DNA of 64,000 bases from Tetramitus jugosus (Eukaryota > Protista > Heterolobosea): positions 310,001 through 374,000 of the forward strand of contig OW569355.1 in the NCBI GenBank assembly GCA_937625935.1, given 5' to 3'. The position numbers and the translations under genes were made by a program. The notes beneath the pieces are model-generated. The model searched no databases, was not told the origin of the DNA, and saw nothing but the letters and a program-made list of their open reading frames with translations. Shown here piece after piece: positions 10,690 through 21,716 of the stretch; position 1 is the stretch's first letter; each line of letters opens with the position of its first letter.

Positions 10690-12006
10690 TCAGACCGATT
10701 CGAGACTGACTGTATCGGTTGCCTTTGCCTGTGTAGCCTTTGCCTTATTCTTATTATAGTAAAATATGATGGAAATGACTAACAAGGTCGCTCCAAGCAA
10801 GGAACCAATCACAATTGGAACAGTGGTCGTTGTCACTTCTTCCACCTTGGTCACGGCCTTCTCATCTTTAACGAGGCATCCCGTGATCAATACGGCCCAC
10901 GTTTCAAAGTCCAAAATCGCTGATTTGGTGTCTGTTAATCGATTCGAGCTCGATACATGATCAATCTTGAACTGTTTCAGAGCAGCCATCGTCTTCTTAT
11001 CCATCTTTCCCGTGATCAACTTTGGATCAATATCATAGAATCGCTCGGCCAGCAAGTACTGCAACAATTGAATCCGAACATCCAAATCACCCACACGAAC
11101 AATATTGTAACCTCTCAACATTTCACTCCAATTCTCGGGCATCATGACACCATACGACGCAATATAGTTATTCAATTGATACTCAAACAACACTTCTGCA
11201 GTTTCATTGTCAAACACTCCTGAGCGAGTCACATTCAACAAGTATTGTGCCACCAATACTGTGCGTCCCACATCATCCTTTTTCAAACCCGTGAAGGCAC
11301 AGTGGTGATTATACGCGTTACGCACCAGAGACATGAATAGATCCCAGTCCCAATTCGCACCTGGACCCCTCTTCTTGTTCTCCTCCAACAACAGTTCATC
11401 CCTACCAATAATGTGTTGTCGATCAATTGGTACACTGTACTTTTGGCATAAATGAGCCACTAATTGAGCTGATTTTTGATACATTTCAAAATCGAAGCCT
11501 CCATTGACTTGATACGACACTGTACCATTGTTGCTATTGACGATCAAAGCACTTTCATGACTCACGAATAAGCTCTTGCTGTTTGTAGGATTCGCCGGCA
11601 GTACGATATCCTTGTCTTCAATCATTTGGACAATGACATTGTCATACTGGTTCTTACTGTTGGTCGTCGTAGTGGCTGACCAGGGACTCTTCTTGTTCGC
11701 AATCATGTAATGAGTAACATCCATGTTGGATTGAGCTTTGGCACCAGTAGTCGCTTCAATGGAAGAGCTCATTGGGTTCAGTGTGAGTTGCAAAACGATT
11801 TGAGAGATCTCGCCGGAGCTACGAGTCGATTTCTGGTACTTGCTCTCGTGAGCGGGAATCCAAAGGGCGGTCGGTTTTTTGACAGATGAAGCCGTAGTTG
11901 TCGTTGCCTTGAAAAAGAGGAGGAACGATATGAAGAGCAACATTGACACGGCGTAACGCCTGCTCAGCCGGAAAGAGCGTTCGGAACAAGAAGACCTTGG
12001 TATCAT
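10690..12006 (-). CDS. Type I membrane protein: signal peptide, inactive N-acetylmuramoyl-L-alanine amidase (Amidase_2) domain, two peptidoglycan-binding domains, TM helix, short tail
   Basis: Amidase-like blocks IVLQLT, THYMI, IVQMIEDKDI, NSKSLFVSHE, MYQKSAQLVAHLCQKYSVPIDRQHIIGR and GPGANWDWDLFMSLV. PG_binding_1-like repeats LKKDDVGRTVLVAQYLL...GVFDNET...W and VRVGDLDVRIQLLQYLL...TGKMDKKT...TWAVL. TM IVIGSLLGATLLVISIIFYY. Start codon is uncertain (12006 or 12045). Confidence 0.8.
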   Translation of the reverse strand: MIPRSSCSERSFRLSRRYAVSMLLFISFLLFFKATTTTASSVKKPTALWIPAHESKYQKSTRSSGEISQIVLQLTLNPMSSSIEATTGAKAQSNMDVTHYMIANKKSPWSATTTTNSKNQYDNVIVQMIEDKDIVLPANPTNSKSLFVSHESALIVNSNNGTVSYQVNGGFDFEMYQKSAQLVAHLCQKYSVPIDRQHIIGRDELLLEENKKRGPGANWDWDLFMSLVRNAYNHHCAFTGLKKDDVGRTVLVAQYLLNVTRSGVFDNETAEVLFEYQLNNYIASYGVMMPENWSEMLRGYNIVRVGDLDVRIQLLQYLLAERFYDIDPKLITGKMDKKTMAALKQFKIDHVSSSNRLTDTKSAILDFETWAVLITGCLVKDEKAVTKVEEVTTTTVPIVIGSLLGATLLVISIIFYYNKNKAKATQAKATDTVSLESV

Positions 12007-12203
12007 TTTTTCGTTGTTGAGTGTGGAAAACCAATAATAATGCAAAGTTCGAATTCAGAGAGAAGATTCTTTCGACAAGATTTTTCTTGACGGTATAACA
12101 CATTGCCTTTTTCAGAATTTTCGCGCCATTGAAACGACCCTTCGCTCATTGCACAATGATATGAATTTATCAAGCTAGCTTTCAAAAGCACTACACGTAT
12201 GTA

Positions 12204-13450
12204 TTACTTCTTGTTGACAAGAGGGAAGGCAACAAGTTGGTTGATACCACACTTGGACTTTCCTCTCACAAGCTCAAAGTATCCCTTCATTCCCCATGCT
12301 TCTGCCCATGAATTCTTCACAATCCAGTACTTTTGTTTCTCGCCCAACCAATTGGTTCTGACACCGAAGCCAACCAACAGTACAGCATGATCCAAGCTAT
12401 CCAAGTCACCTGGACAGTATGCAGGATCTGATACACCAGAGTGATAGAATTGAAGCCTAAAAAGAATAGAAACAGATAGGTTTAGCTCAATCTGATCTCT
12501 AAAAAGAACATGTAAAATCAACGAAACAACTGAAGTACATACCACATGGCATTCAAAGCAACAGACAGAGGACCATGCTCGACCAGATGTTGAGCAATGA
12601 CATCTTCATCCTGAGACGTAACATTTTGATAGCCAGAGATGAATGCAGAGAGAGTAACATTTGCTTTGCATGTTGTGTTACAGAAAGTTTGTTCGCCACA
12701 GAGTGCAGTGTTAGCAACACAAGGGAAACAAGTACCAAGTGGTGGTATGCAATATCTGTAGTCCCTTTCTGCTGCGATACCACCCTTTGTATTCGCTAGC
12801 AAGTATTCCCATCCATGGAAGTACCATCCACCATAACAACCACAATCCCTATTGTCACAATCGACCAATTGTTGTGGAGCCAACTCAGTCAATGGATTAC
12901 CAGCCAAAAACCATGCACCTTCAATTGCTTGAACTGCAGAGAATGCCCAACAACTGCCACAAGATGCTTGATTCTTCACTGGTGTCACCGCACCATGATC
13001 TCTCCAATCGAATGCATCAGGCAGAGCACCAATTGATGATTTCTTCGTTGGTGATTGATCCTTGGATCTGTTCCACACAGAAGAAGCCAACAAATCACCC
13101 TTGTTTGCAAAGTGCTCTGGTTTCATCAGATAATGTGCCTTGAACTCTTGAACAGTCAAATCCATGAATGGGGTCAAATGACTGTAGACACGAACTTCCC
13201 CATTTCTCTTCTCATTCTCTTCGTTCATCATTTGGACAAGCTTCAAATTCTGAGCAAAGATGGCAGCTCTCTTTGCATGTTCTTGTGAGCTTTCATAGTG
13301 CTTGTTGAACTGGGATTTGAATTCAGAAAACTGAGTCAATTCTTGGTCAGTCAATGAACTCATCATGGACATGCCACTTGCGATCATGCATGCTGTGAAC
13401 AACAACAACACAACGAATAGTGTCGTCTGTAATCTGTTTCCTCTCGGCAT
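12204..13450 (-). CDS. Papain-family (C1A) cysteine protease, cathepsin F/L-like; 1 intron (12457-12542)
   Basis: Signal peptide, I29 propeptide and QASCGSCWAFS. A GT-AG splice gives ...NAMW/LQFYHSG...LDHAVLLVGFG...WIVKNSW. Confidence 0.93.
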
Positions 13451-13567
13451 TTTTTTTTGTCTTTTTGCTGTGAGGATGTCGTTGTTGCAATCTTCCATAA
13501 TCCAACGAGATTTGGTGAAAATGGTCCGACAGGGAAAAACAAGAGGCACAGCAAACATCGAAAAACA

Positions 13568-14083
13568 ATGGTCAACCCACTGCACTGGATTTTCACAAAA
13601 GATATCATTGGAATATTTATCTATCCTCGGATCTTCCTGCATGGCGTTTTTTCTACGATCCGGAATCGTTTCAACAGAGATCCCTTCTTCAATGACTTCC
13701 GGTTCCAACCTCACGATGTAGTGGACTTCAAAATCGAAGAATTAAAGGTCATTAAAAGTCTCAACGATTCAAAGTGGGCCTCTGAGCTTGAAAGCAAGGA
13801 CCAAAAGGTCAGCATCCAAGATGTCAGAGCCACCCTGGAGGAACTCAGAAGATGTGATGTCAATTATGTAGGCTTTGTTCCCCGTGCGGATTCGATTCTC
13901 ATTCTCAAGCTCAAGGATGGAAGACTGATTCATCTGGCCTTGAGTTCCCATGGTCGATCTATTGGTCACGTCGTACCAAGAAGTGCATTCAGCCACTGGT
14001 ATTTCAAGAAAAATGAACCTAACTTGGACTCGTTCTGCACCCTTGTGTCCCATGATCCAAAACAATCTGATTTTGAACAGTAA
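13568..14083 (+). CDS. Hypothetical protein
   Basis: Open frame MVNPLHWIF...SDFEQ, divergent from the cathepsin. Its 3' part is duplicated just downstream. Confidence 0.55.
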   Translation: MVNPLHWIFTKDIIGIFIYPRIFLHGVFSTIRNRFNRDPFFNDFRFQPHDVVDFKIEELKVIKSLNDSKWASELESKDQKVSIQDVRATLEELRRCDVNYVGFVPRADSILILKLKDGRLIHLALSSHGRSIGHVVPRSAFSHWYFKKNEPNLDSFCTLVSHDPKQSDFEQ

Positions 14084-14215
14084 AGCGGTTGTAGTACAAC
14101 TCAAATTGAAATACAATTGAGAGAAACAGCTCTTGAGCACTCATGACCTCTATCAGGATTCAAAGAAGTTTTAGCGGAAATGGCCATCTATCCTCGTTCT
14201 GGGTGGTGTCTAAGA

Positions 14216-14310
14216 AAGCTCAAGGATGGAAGAAGATTCCATCTGGCCTTGAGTTCACATGGTCGTTATACTGGCCACGTCGTACCAAGAAGTGCATTCA
14301 CCGAGTGGTA
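14216..14310 (+). pseudogene. Partial tandem duplicate of the 3' part of the 13568-14083 gene
   Basis: About 95 nt near-identical to 13907-14001 (KLKDGRRFHLALSSHGRYTGHVVPRSAFTEWY vs KLKDGRLIHLALSSHGRSIGHVVPRSAFSHWY). Confidence 0.75.
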
Positions 14311-14653
14311 CTGCAGACAACAGAGCACCCTTAAACTCCTTCTACTCCCTTGTTTCCCACGATCCCAAGTCTACCACAATAAAGTGATAACATTGTTTCG
14401 TTTTTGTGTCTCCACAACAGGTCTTGCGATTTTAGACACCAACCCACCGATCTCTAGAGGTACCACAAAGAATGGTCTTTTCTATTAGATTTTCCCTGCA
14501 TTCTCCTATCTTAAAGTAAGCATTAATGTGATTCAAGTAGTTAAAGGAGTATCTGATTCACCAATTTATTCAAGTGCTGACCTTTTTCTCGTAGATCAAA
14601 GGCAAAGATCGGGGAAGGATGTGGGAACAGAGGTTTGTATAAGTTAACTAAAA

Positions 14654-17284
14654 TTAAAGGGAGGCCAGATTTTCGAGTTGCCCCAAGAGGTCTGCGGGTG
14701 TTTGGACAGCATAATGAGCTCGGCTATAGTTGGCGTGGGTTGAGCCAACTACTATCGTGACAATATGCTTGGCTGCCACTTGAATATCTTGGAGGGATGG
14801 AGAGCGCTTTGGAAGTTGGTGAAGAGAGATTGGAGAACCTGGTGAATCAGCATGAGCGCTATGTGGATGAGAACCAAACTTTTCAGCCTCCTCAAACATT
14901 TCTTCATCAGTGTTATCATCACCAGCACAGAATACAAAGTCTGCTCCACTGGATCTGATCAATCTTCTTGCAGCAATACCCTTGCCAACGTTTGTAGGGC
15001 GAATCTCAATCACTTTCTTTCCCTTGATGATGTCCATTGGTTGAGAACCAAAGCTCTCCTCCAAGTGCAACTTTAGCTCATTTGCTTGCCAATTACCATA
15101 ATCAGGGTCAGAGTTTCTGTAATGGAAAACAAGACTAGATTCCTTGATTTCTGGGAATGATCCAGGTGTTCTTGCAGCTATTTGCTCGAGAATTGGTTTT
15201 ACGTGCTTCATCCATGTGAGATCTACTTCATCAAACTTGTACAGTGAGGTCCATTCATGTTCTCGAGGATGAAGAGTTCTCATACCATGTTCGCACGCGA
15301 AACCCAAACCCTTGATGTGACCCAAAAAGTTTGACATTGTCTCCTTGTCTCTGCCAGTCATGACATAGACTTCATTCTTTGGATCAGAGCACAACTTTGT
15401 CAGTACGTCTTCCAAGTGATTCGTAGGCAATGCAAGAGTTGGATACTTGTGTAACTCAACTATTGTACCGTCATAGTCCAATAATATGAGTCTCTTTTGT
15501 GCACTCTGGTATTGACTTTGGATACTTGAAAAGTCAGAACCGGACTGATTGGCTGTTTGATGGAACAAAGTAGATGCATATTGTACACGGCAGGACTTTT
15601 CAAACTCCTTCATAAAGTTGGAACCCCAGTATGTGGCAGTATTGGTCGACACGATTCTAAAGTTTTGTTCGTGTCTAGCCATTCTTTCAGAGTGACGCAT
15701 CTCAAGTGAGTCAAACATTGCCTTAGCTGTCATTTCAATATCGTAGGGATTGATGATAATAGATCCACCAAGTGATGTAGCAGCGCCAGCAAACTCACTC
15801 AAGATCAGCACACCAATATCCTTGTCACTCAATCCCAGCTTCTTGACTTCATCTTGACACACAACAAATTCTGATGATACCAAGTTCATACCATCACGAA
15901 TCGATGTCACAATCAAAGCATCAGCTATCGAATACAATGCGCACAAATCAGGAAAAGGAACAGACTTGTTGATATAGTGAACAGGGAATCCGTCCAATGT
16001 TCCAAAAGTACTATTGATTCTACCCACGAGTTCATTGACTGTGCATGCCAAGTCTCTGTACTCTTGCACATCTTGTCTTGTGGGCACACCAACCTGAATT
16101 AATACAGTATTCTCCTTGTACTTCGGATATGTGGATAAGAACTTTTCATAAGCCAGAAATTTCATATCAACACCCTTGGTGTAGTCCAATCGATCCACAC
16201 CAACAATTATTCTCTTTCCCTTGTACTTTTCCTGTAAAAAGTATCGGATACGTTCACGACAAACTTGACTCTGGACACCCTTTTGGAACTGAGTAGGGTC
16301 GATACCGATTGGAAAGGCCTTTGTGTTCACATATATTCCATTGTGAATGAAGCCCTTAGGACTCGTATCAATACCCAATGTTCTCGTACATGCACTCATG
16401 AAATGTCTTGCAAAGTTGTGCGTATGGAAAGCGATGAAATTACAGGCCAAAATACCTTCGAGTAACTGTTCTCTCACTGGCAACACTCTATAAATTTCAC
16501 TGCTAGGGAATGGAATATGCAAGAAGAAGGCAATATTGGCATTTGGTCTCTTTGCTCTCAACATTTGTGGCAACAGCATCAAATGATAGTCATGAACCCA
16601 AATCATGTCACCTTCCTTACAATTCTGCAAAATGACATTTGCAAACTCTTGATTCACCTTCTGATAGGCCAACCACTGTTTCTCATTAAACACACTATTC
16701 TTTTCGAACAAGTAGTGAAATAGTGGCCACAGAATTCCATTTGAAAATCCATTGTAATAGTCATCGGCATCCTTGTCTCTCAAGAACACTGGAACACAAT
16801 TGTATTGACTCTCCAAGTCTTTTGTCATGGTTTCACGCTCCTGTGGATCCAATACCTCTGCTCCTGTCCATCCAATCCACTTGAAATCTCGACCGCCCAT
16901 TCCGGTGAGTGCAGTCACGAGACCGCCAGAGCTCTTCTTGTACTGGAACGCACCTGTCGTTTCATCTTTGGATATAGTCATGGGCAACCGATTGGAAACA
17001 ATGATCAAATCACCGAATTGAACATTTTGCACATTCTTCTCATACATGTCATCTTCTTCTTCACCATAGTTGAGTTGTGGATCATTGTGTTCATGATGAC
17101 GATCGTCACTGCTGTTACGACTACCATCGAATGAAACTTGTCTGTGGCTATCGTTGCTACTACTCGTACTGCCGATACAGTTTTGATCTTGTTGTTTTAG
17201 CTTTTGAAGCAACTGGTTTTGTTCTTCGTGTGAGAGGTAAGCTGACGACGTTGGTTGAGGTGCACTGTTGGTAGAGGGATTCAT
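14654..17284 (-). CDS. TPS: Bifunctional trehalose-6-phosphate synthase/phosphatase (GT20 + HAD)
   Basis: VSNRLP, SSGGLV, YYNGFSNGILWPLFHY, WVHDYHL, FFLHIPFP, GVDRLDYTKG, RDGMNLV, SEFAGAA. HAD motifs LDYDGT and GDDNTDE are intact. Confidence 0.95.
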   Translation of the reverse strand: MNPSTNSAPQPTSSAYLSHEEQNQLLQKLKQQDQNCIGSTSSSNDSHRQVSFDGSRNSSDDRHHEHNDPQLNYGEEEDDMYEKNVQNVQFGDLIIVSNRLPMTISKDETTGAFQYKKSSGGLVTALTGMGGRDFKWIGWTGAEVLDPQERETMTKDLESQYNCVPVFLRDKDADDYYNGFSNGILWPLFHYLFEKNSVFNEKQWLAYQKVNQEFANVILQNCKEGDMIWVHDYHLMLLPQMLRAKRPNANIAFFLHIPFPSSEIYRVLPVREQLLEGILACNFIAFHTHNFARHFMSACTRTLGIDTSPKGFIHNGIYVNTKAFPIGIDPTQFQKGVQSQVCRERIRYFLQEKYKGKRIIVGVDRLDYTKGVDMKFLAYEKFLSTYPKYKENTVLIQVGVPTRQDVQEYRDLACTVNELVGRINSTFGTLDGFPVHYINKSVPFPDLCALYSIADALIVTSIRDGMNLVSSEFVVCQDEVKKLGLSDKDIGVLILSEFAGAATSLGGSIIINPYDIEMTAKAMFDSLEMRHSERMARHEQNFRIVSTNTATYWGSNFMKEFEKSCRVQYASTLFHQTANQSGSDFSSIQSQYQSAQKRLILLDYDGTIVELHKYPTLALPTNHLEDVLTKLCSDPKNEVYVMTGRDKETMSNFLGHIKGLGFACEHGMRTLHPREHEWTSLYKFDEVDLTWMKHVKPILEQIAARTPGSFPEIKESSLVFHYRNSDPDYGNWQANELKLHLEESFGSQPMDIIKGKKVIEIRPTNVGKGIAARRLIRSSGADFVFCAGDDNTDEEMFEEAEKFGSHPHSAHADSPGSPISLHQLPKRSPSLQDIQVAAKHIVTIVVGSTHANYSRAHYAVQTPADLLGQLENLASL

Positions 17285-17804
17285 ATTGGTGTGGTATGTA
17301 ATGTCTGGTTCAGTATGGTTCTCTTTTTTGCAAATGTTCAACAACGAGCACCCAACTAACGACTACTAACAATAAATATTTTGTAGGAATTCAGATGTGT
17401 GGTGGTGTTTGAATTTTTTTCATCTCTGTGGAAAAGGAAAATGTTTTTTCGCGGAGGGATGCTTCAGAGATCTGAATCTATTTTTGACTGTCACACGACA
17501 GAATGAGATCGGGCATATGAGGAAACTGCCTTGTCACATGTGAAAATCAGGGAGAAATTCTTGACCTTGGTTGGTATTCGTGGGGTTCATGCAAGGTGCT
17601 AAATCAGTTGGTGATTGGGTTCGAGTGCAATAACCTCGAAAGTATACTGAGACGAAGCTTGGTGTATTCTCATTCCCCTCAACAAGGATGCTTTTTCACT
17701 TGCAACTATAAATACTCGAACGAGTCAACCCTGATCTGAGTTGGAAAATAAATCACTGACAAAATACAATCAATACAAACAACTGAAAATAGTTCAAAGA
17801 AGCA

Positions 17805-18584
17805 ATGTCTCACAACTCTCCCAACAATCACAATCCCAACATTCAATCACAATTTCAACCCTATGTTCAACTGTCGGTTCCTCCTTCGAACAATGGCCAC
17901 ACGACCCAAGGACCCTACCAGAGTTACTATGATCCATCCATGGGTCAGAGTGAAGGTGTGAGTCAGAGCAGTTTCAATCAAGGATATCAATCCACATCAA
18001 GCTTTGCTCCTTCAGCTTCCCTTGCGTCTGATGACGGTTATCCCTATCAATCTGGACACATGTATGCACCTGAACAAAAACAGTACACAATCGTCAGTGA
18101 GTTACATCTCCAGAATCAAATGCACAATTTAGATATGCTCGTAGGTGTAATCTCTCTCGTCCTATTGTTGGTTTCTAGCATTAATCTCCTGTATATCATT
18201 GTGACGATGAGTGTTAGAGCTTTTTGGTCTCACGATAGAGGAATCAAAGTCGCGAGCAATATATTTGGCTCGTTTGTCGCTGTTCTGTTGTTTTTGGTTG
18301 CTGTTCTGGGTCTGGTGAGCCTCAAGGCCAAAAGCATGAGGAGAAAGAGAAGCGCAGCATTTATGCAACTCGGTCTGTTTGCTGTGTTAATACTCGTGAA
18401 CTTGATCCAAATCTGTCTTCAATCGTCTCTCTATTTTGTGACTGCTCATGTCGTGTCTGGATTGTTTTCTCTTTGCTTTGGTGCATGTTGCCTCGGTCTC
18501 TGCTATGGAACGTGTTCTGGAATCGTAGGTTATCGATACTATAAGCTCAAGAACCTTCCAAGTGAAGAGCCGCAATACTTATAA
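17805..18584 (+). CDS. Four-TM membrane protein with a Q/S/P/Y-rich cytosolic N-terminus
   Basis: 259-aa ORF with four hydrophobic helices in the C-terminal half. Confidence 0.7.
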   Translation: MSHNSPNNHNPNIQSQFQPYVQLSVPPSNNGHTTQGPYQSYYDPSMGQSEGVSQSSFNQGYQSTSSFAPSASLASDDGYPYQSGHMYAPEQKQYTIVSELHLQNQMHNLDMLVGVISLVLLLVSSINLLYIIVTMSVRAFWSHDRGIKVASNIFGSFVAVLLFLVAVLGLVSLKAKSMRRKRSAAFMQLGLFAVLILVNLIQICLQSSLYFVTAHVVSGLFSLCFGACCLGLCYGTCSGIVGYRYYKLKNLPSEEPQYL

Positions 18585-18669
18585 ACTACTTTGAATCAAT
18601 ACAAACTGTCAAGATGTCGATCAGTTTTTCCCGAGAATCCCCGACCTGGTTACAGTATAAACAACACAA

Positions 18670-19188
18670 ATGAGTGAGAGGGATCATCCGAACATCTCTC
18701 GGATAGAAACACCTCTTCGTTCGCCAGTATACACGCGGGTTTATGACTCAACTCAGAGATTAGACCTGAGTCCTCCTAAGGGTATCTCACCCGTGAAGAG
18801 ATTGTTGAATGATAAGCAAAAGGAAATCATCAAGAACCGAATACGAGAAATGCTCATGCAAGAAACCAAGTATCCAGAAAGGCACGAACAACAGTCAATC
18901 CGGCAGAGAAACGTGGCAATACTAGAAGCTATACTCAGTGAGATAAAGAGTAATCCAACACTCTTGAAGTGTACGAGTCCCCGGAAAGGAACTCCTGGAT
19001 TACGAACTCCAATGCAAGAAGGAAGTAGGATCGATATCAATTCCTCCCTCAAACCAACAAACCCCTTATCACCAACCCTGCGACATGAAGACCCGGATGA
19101 CGTCTATTCATCATCGATCGAGAGTGAAATGAACCAACTTGACCAACAATTAGAACGATTAAGAAAGAAATTTAACGTACAGAAGTAG
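18670..19188 (+). CDS. Hypothetical protein (SP/TP-rich, C-terminal coiled coil)
   Basis: 172-aa ORF whose ATG follows an A/C-rich leader like those of neighbouring genes. Confidence 0.6.
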   Translation: MSERDHPNISRIETPLRSPVYTRVYDSTQRLDLSPPKGISPVKRLLNDKQKEIIKNRIREMLMQETKYPERHEQQSIRQRNVAILEAILSEIKSNPTLLKCTSPRKGTPGLRTPMQEGSRIDINSSLKPTNPLSPTLRHEDPDDVYSSSIESEMNQLDQQLERLRKKFNVQK

Positions 19189-19524
19189 TGGTCACAGGAA
19201 ATTCTGACGCTTTGATCCGAATCATATCTTTGTTATCTTGGTTTCAAACTAACAACACTTTTTCGAGGAATTCAAACCTCTGAATCCAAAACATGAGTGT
19301 ACTGTTACTACTGAGGTTGAATTTTGTATCCGATTCCATGTCGATGTCTATCTGTTGTAAAGTTTTTGGGAACTGATAAAAATTTCCTGACTTACAAAAT
19401 TCCATAAGCTCCGACAGAAAAGAAGCGGGAAGGAAACCAACAAGAAAAGCACGCAACATATTTGATCATTGGCGTTCTTACACACACCTAAATACATCAA
19501 CCAAAAAACAACTGAGACAATAAA

Positions 19525-21347
19525 ATGGCAAACGCAGGAGCACCAGTGCAAATCTTGAATGAAGGTGGTTTCGAAGAGAAGGGAGAATTGGCCCAAATGG
19601 TATATATCACACAATCAAAATCTATCACCCACAAATCATTTTTTTGTGATGTGTGAACCACCAAACACACGTGAATCACATGCTAACAAAAAATTCTATC
19701 CATTCTTCTTGTAGAGTAACATTGTTGGTGCCATGGCTATCGCTGATTTGGTCAAAACAACCCTTGGTCCAAAGGGTATGGATAAAATTTTGCAAAGTCA
19801 AGGAGGTGGCAAGGTTGAAGTAACAAACGACGGTGCTACTATCCTTAAATCAGTCATGGTTCACAACCCTGCTGCACGTATTTTGATTGAAATTTCAAAG
19901 ACACAGGATGACGAAGTTGGTGATGGTACAACCTCTGTCTGTGTTTTGGCTGGTGAGCTCTTGAGAGAAGGTGAAAAGCTTTTGCTCCAAAAGATTCATC
20001 CTCAAACAATCATTTCTGGTATTGTATCGATCACGTGCTGTGAATACTACAACTTTTTTGTCCAACTGATTGGATCATGAATCATTTGAGCTAACTCTAT
20101 TTTTTTATGTGCTCTACCACTGATTATTCTGCTGTATAGGTTGGAGAAAGGCTTCTGCTGTTGCCTATGACACATTGGTTGCTAGTGCAGTTGACCACAG
20201 CGCTGATCCAGAAAAGTTTAGAAATGATTTGTTGAATATTGCAAGAACTACATTGAGTTCAAAGATTTTGCAACAAGAGAAGGAACACTTTGCTCATTTG
20301 GCCGTTGATGCTGTCTTGAGATTGAAGGGAAGTACCAATCTAGATTCTATTCAAATTTTGAAGAGAGCTGGTGGTTCAATGAGAGACTCCTTCTTGGCTG
20401 AAGGTTTCATCTTGAACAAGTCTATTGGTGTCGGTCAACCAACCTTGATTGAAAATGCAAAGATTTTGGTTGCCAACACTGCTATGGACACTGACAAGAT
20501 TAAGATTCATGGTATGAAGGTCACCACCAGTTCCATCAACTCTATGGCTGAGATTGAAGAAGCTGAAAAGAAGAAGATGAGACAAAAGTGCGAGAAGATT
20601 ATCAATCACGGAATCAATGTGTTCATCAACAGACAATTGATCTATGATTACCCACAAGAGTTCTTTGCTGATCACGGTGTTATGGCCATTGAGCATGCTG
20701 ACTTTGAAGGTGTCGAAAGATTGGCTCTTGTTCTAGGTTCAGAGATTGTTTCTACTTTTGATCATCCAGAACAAGTTCAATTGGGAGGAGCTGCTAGAGT
20801 TGAACAAATCATGATTGGTGAAGACAGATTGATCAAGTTCTCTGGTTGCAAGCGTAACGAAGCATGTACTATTGTGTTGAGAGGTGCCAACTCTCATTTG
20901 CTCGAAGAAGCTGAGCGTTCATTGCACGATGCGCTCTGTGTGTTGTCTCAAACTGTCTTGGAAACAAGAACTGTCTTGGGTGGTGGATGTTCTGAAATGT
21001 TGATGGCTAAGGCTGTTCACGAAGCTGCAAAGAAGACTGCAGGCAAGGAATCCATTGCTATGGAGGCATTCGCTAATGCACTGAAGCAAATCCCAACCAT
21101 TATTGCTGACAATGCTGGTTTGGACTCTGCTGAACTTGTGTCCATCCTCGAAGCTTCTCACTACCAAGATAAGAAGACCACTGGTATTGATGTTGTAAGA
21201 GGTGATGTTGGTGATATGATTGAACTTGGCATCACTGAATCATTCAAGGTGAAGCAACAAGTCCTTTTGTCTGCTTCTGAAGCTGCAGAAATGATTATTC
21301 GTGTCGATGACGTGCTAACTTCTGCTCCTCGTCGTCGTCAAGCTTAA
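19525..21347 (+). CDS. CCT2: T-complex protein 1 subunit beta; exons 19525-19599, 19715-20018, 20140-21347
   Basis: [65 protein letters not shown] introns restore the frame. Confidence 0.95.
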
Positions 21348-21716
21348 ATTGTATAGTGAAACATGCATTTGTCAAAAACAATAATAAAACAAACAATCAA
21401 AGAAGCTTCGGGATTTGTAAAAGTTTCACTCACCAACGGGCAATTTTGTTTTATCGGCGACAAATTTGAGACATCCTTGTCACACGTCAATCACTGTATG
21501 TTCAAGTTTAATCAGAATTGACGAATTATTGATTCGTTGATGACGTAATTGACGTGTGTGATCAACTCAGTTGACTTGCAGTGATCATTTTTCACATTCT
21601 CCACCCAACCACCTATTTAACAGAGCATTTTCATTCGAGCTGTCCTTCTAGACAAACACAAACAAACCCCTGTAAACAAAAACCCTTTGTAATTTAACCC
21701 TCTCTAAATAATAATA

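Noticed and set aside
13451-13714. N-terminal extensions given by the ORF track for the cathepsin (likewise PreP, ADSL, FSH1 and TPS)
   Set aside because: They overlap divergent genes or A/C-rich leaders; downstream ATGs give proper signal or targeting peptides or family-typical starts.
17510-17740. Possible U3 or RNase MRP-like RNA (GAGGAAA, TGGGGTTCAT, TATACTTT words)
   Set aside because: The motifs are in the wrong spacing or strand and the required pairings are absent.
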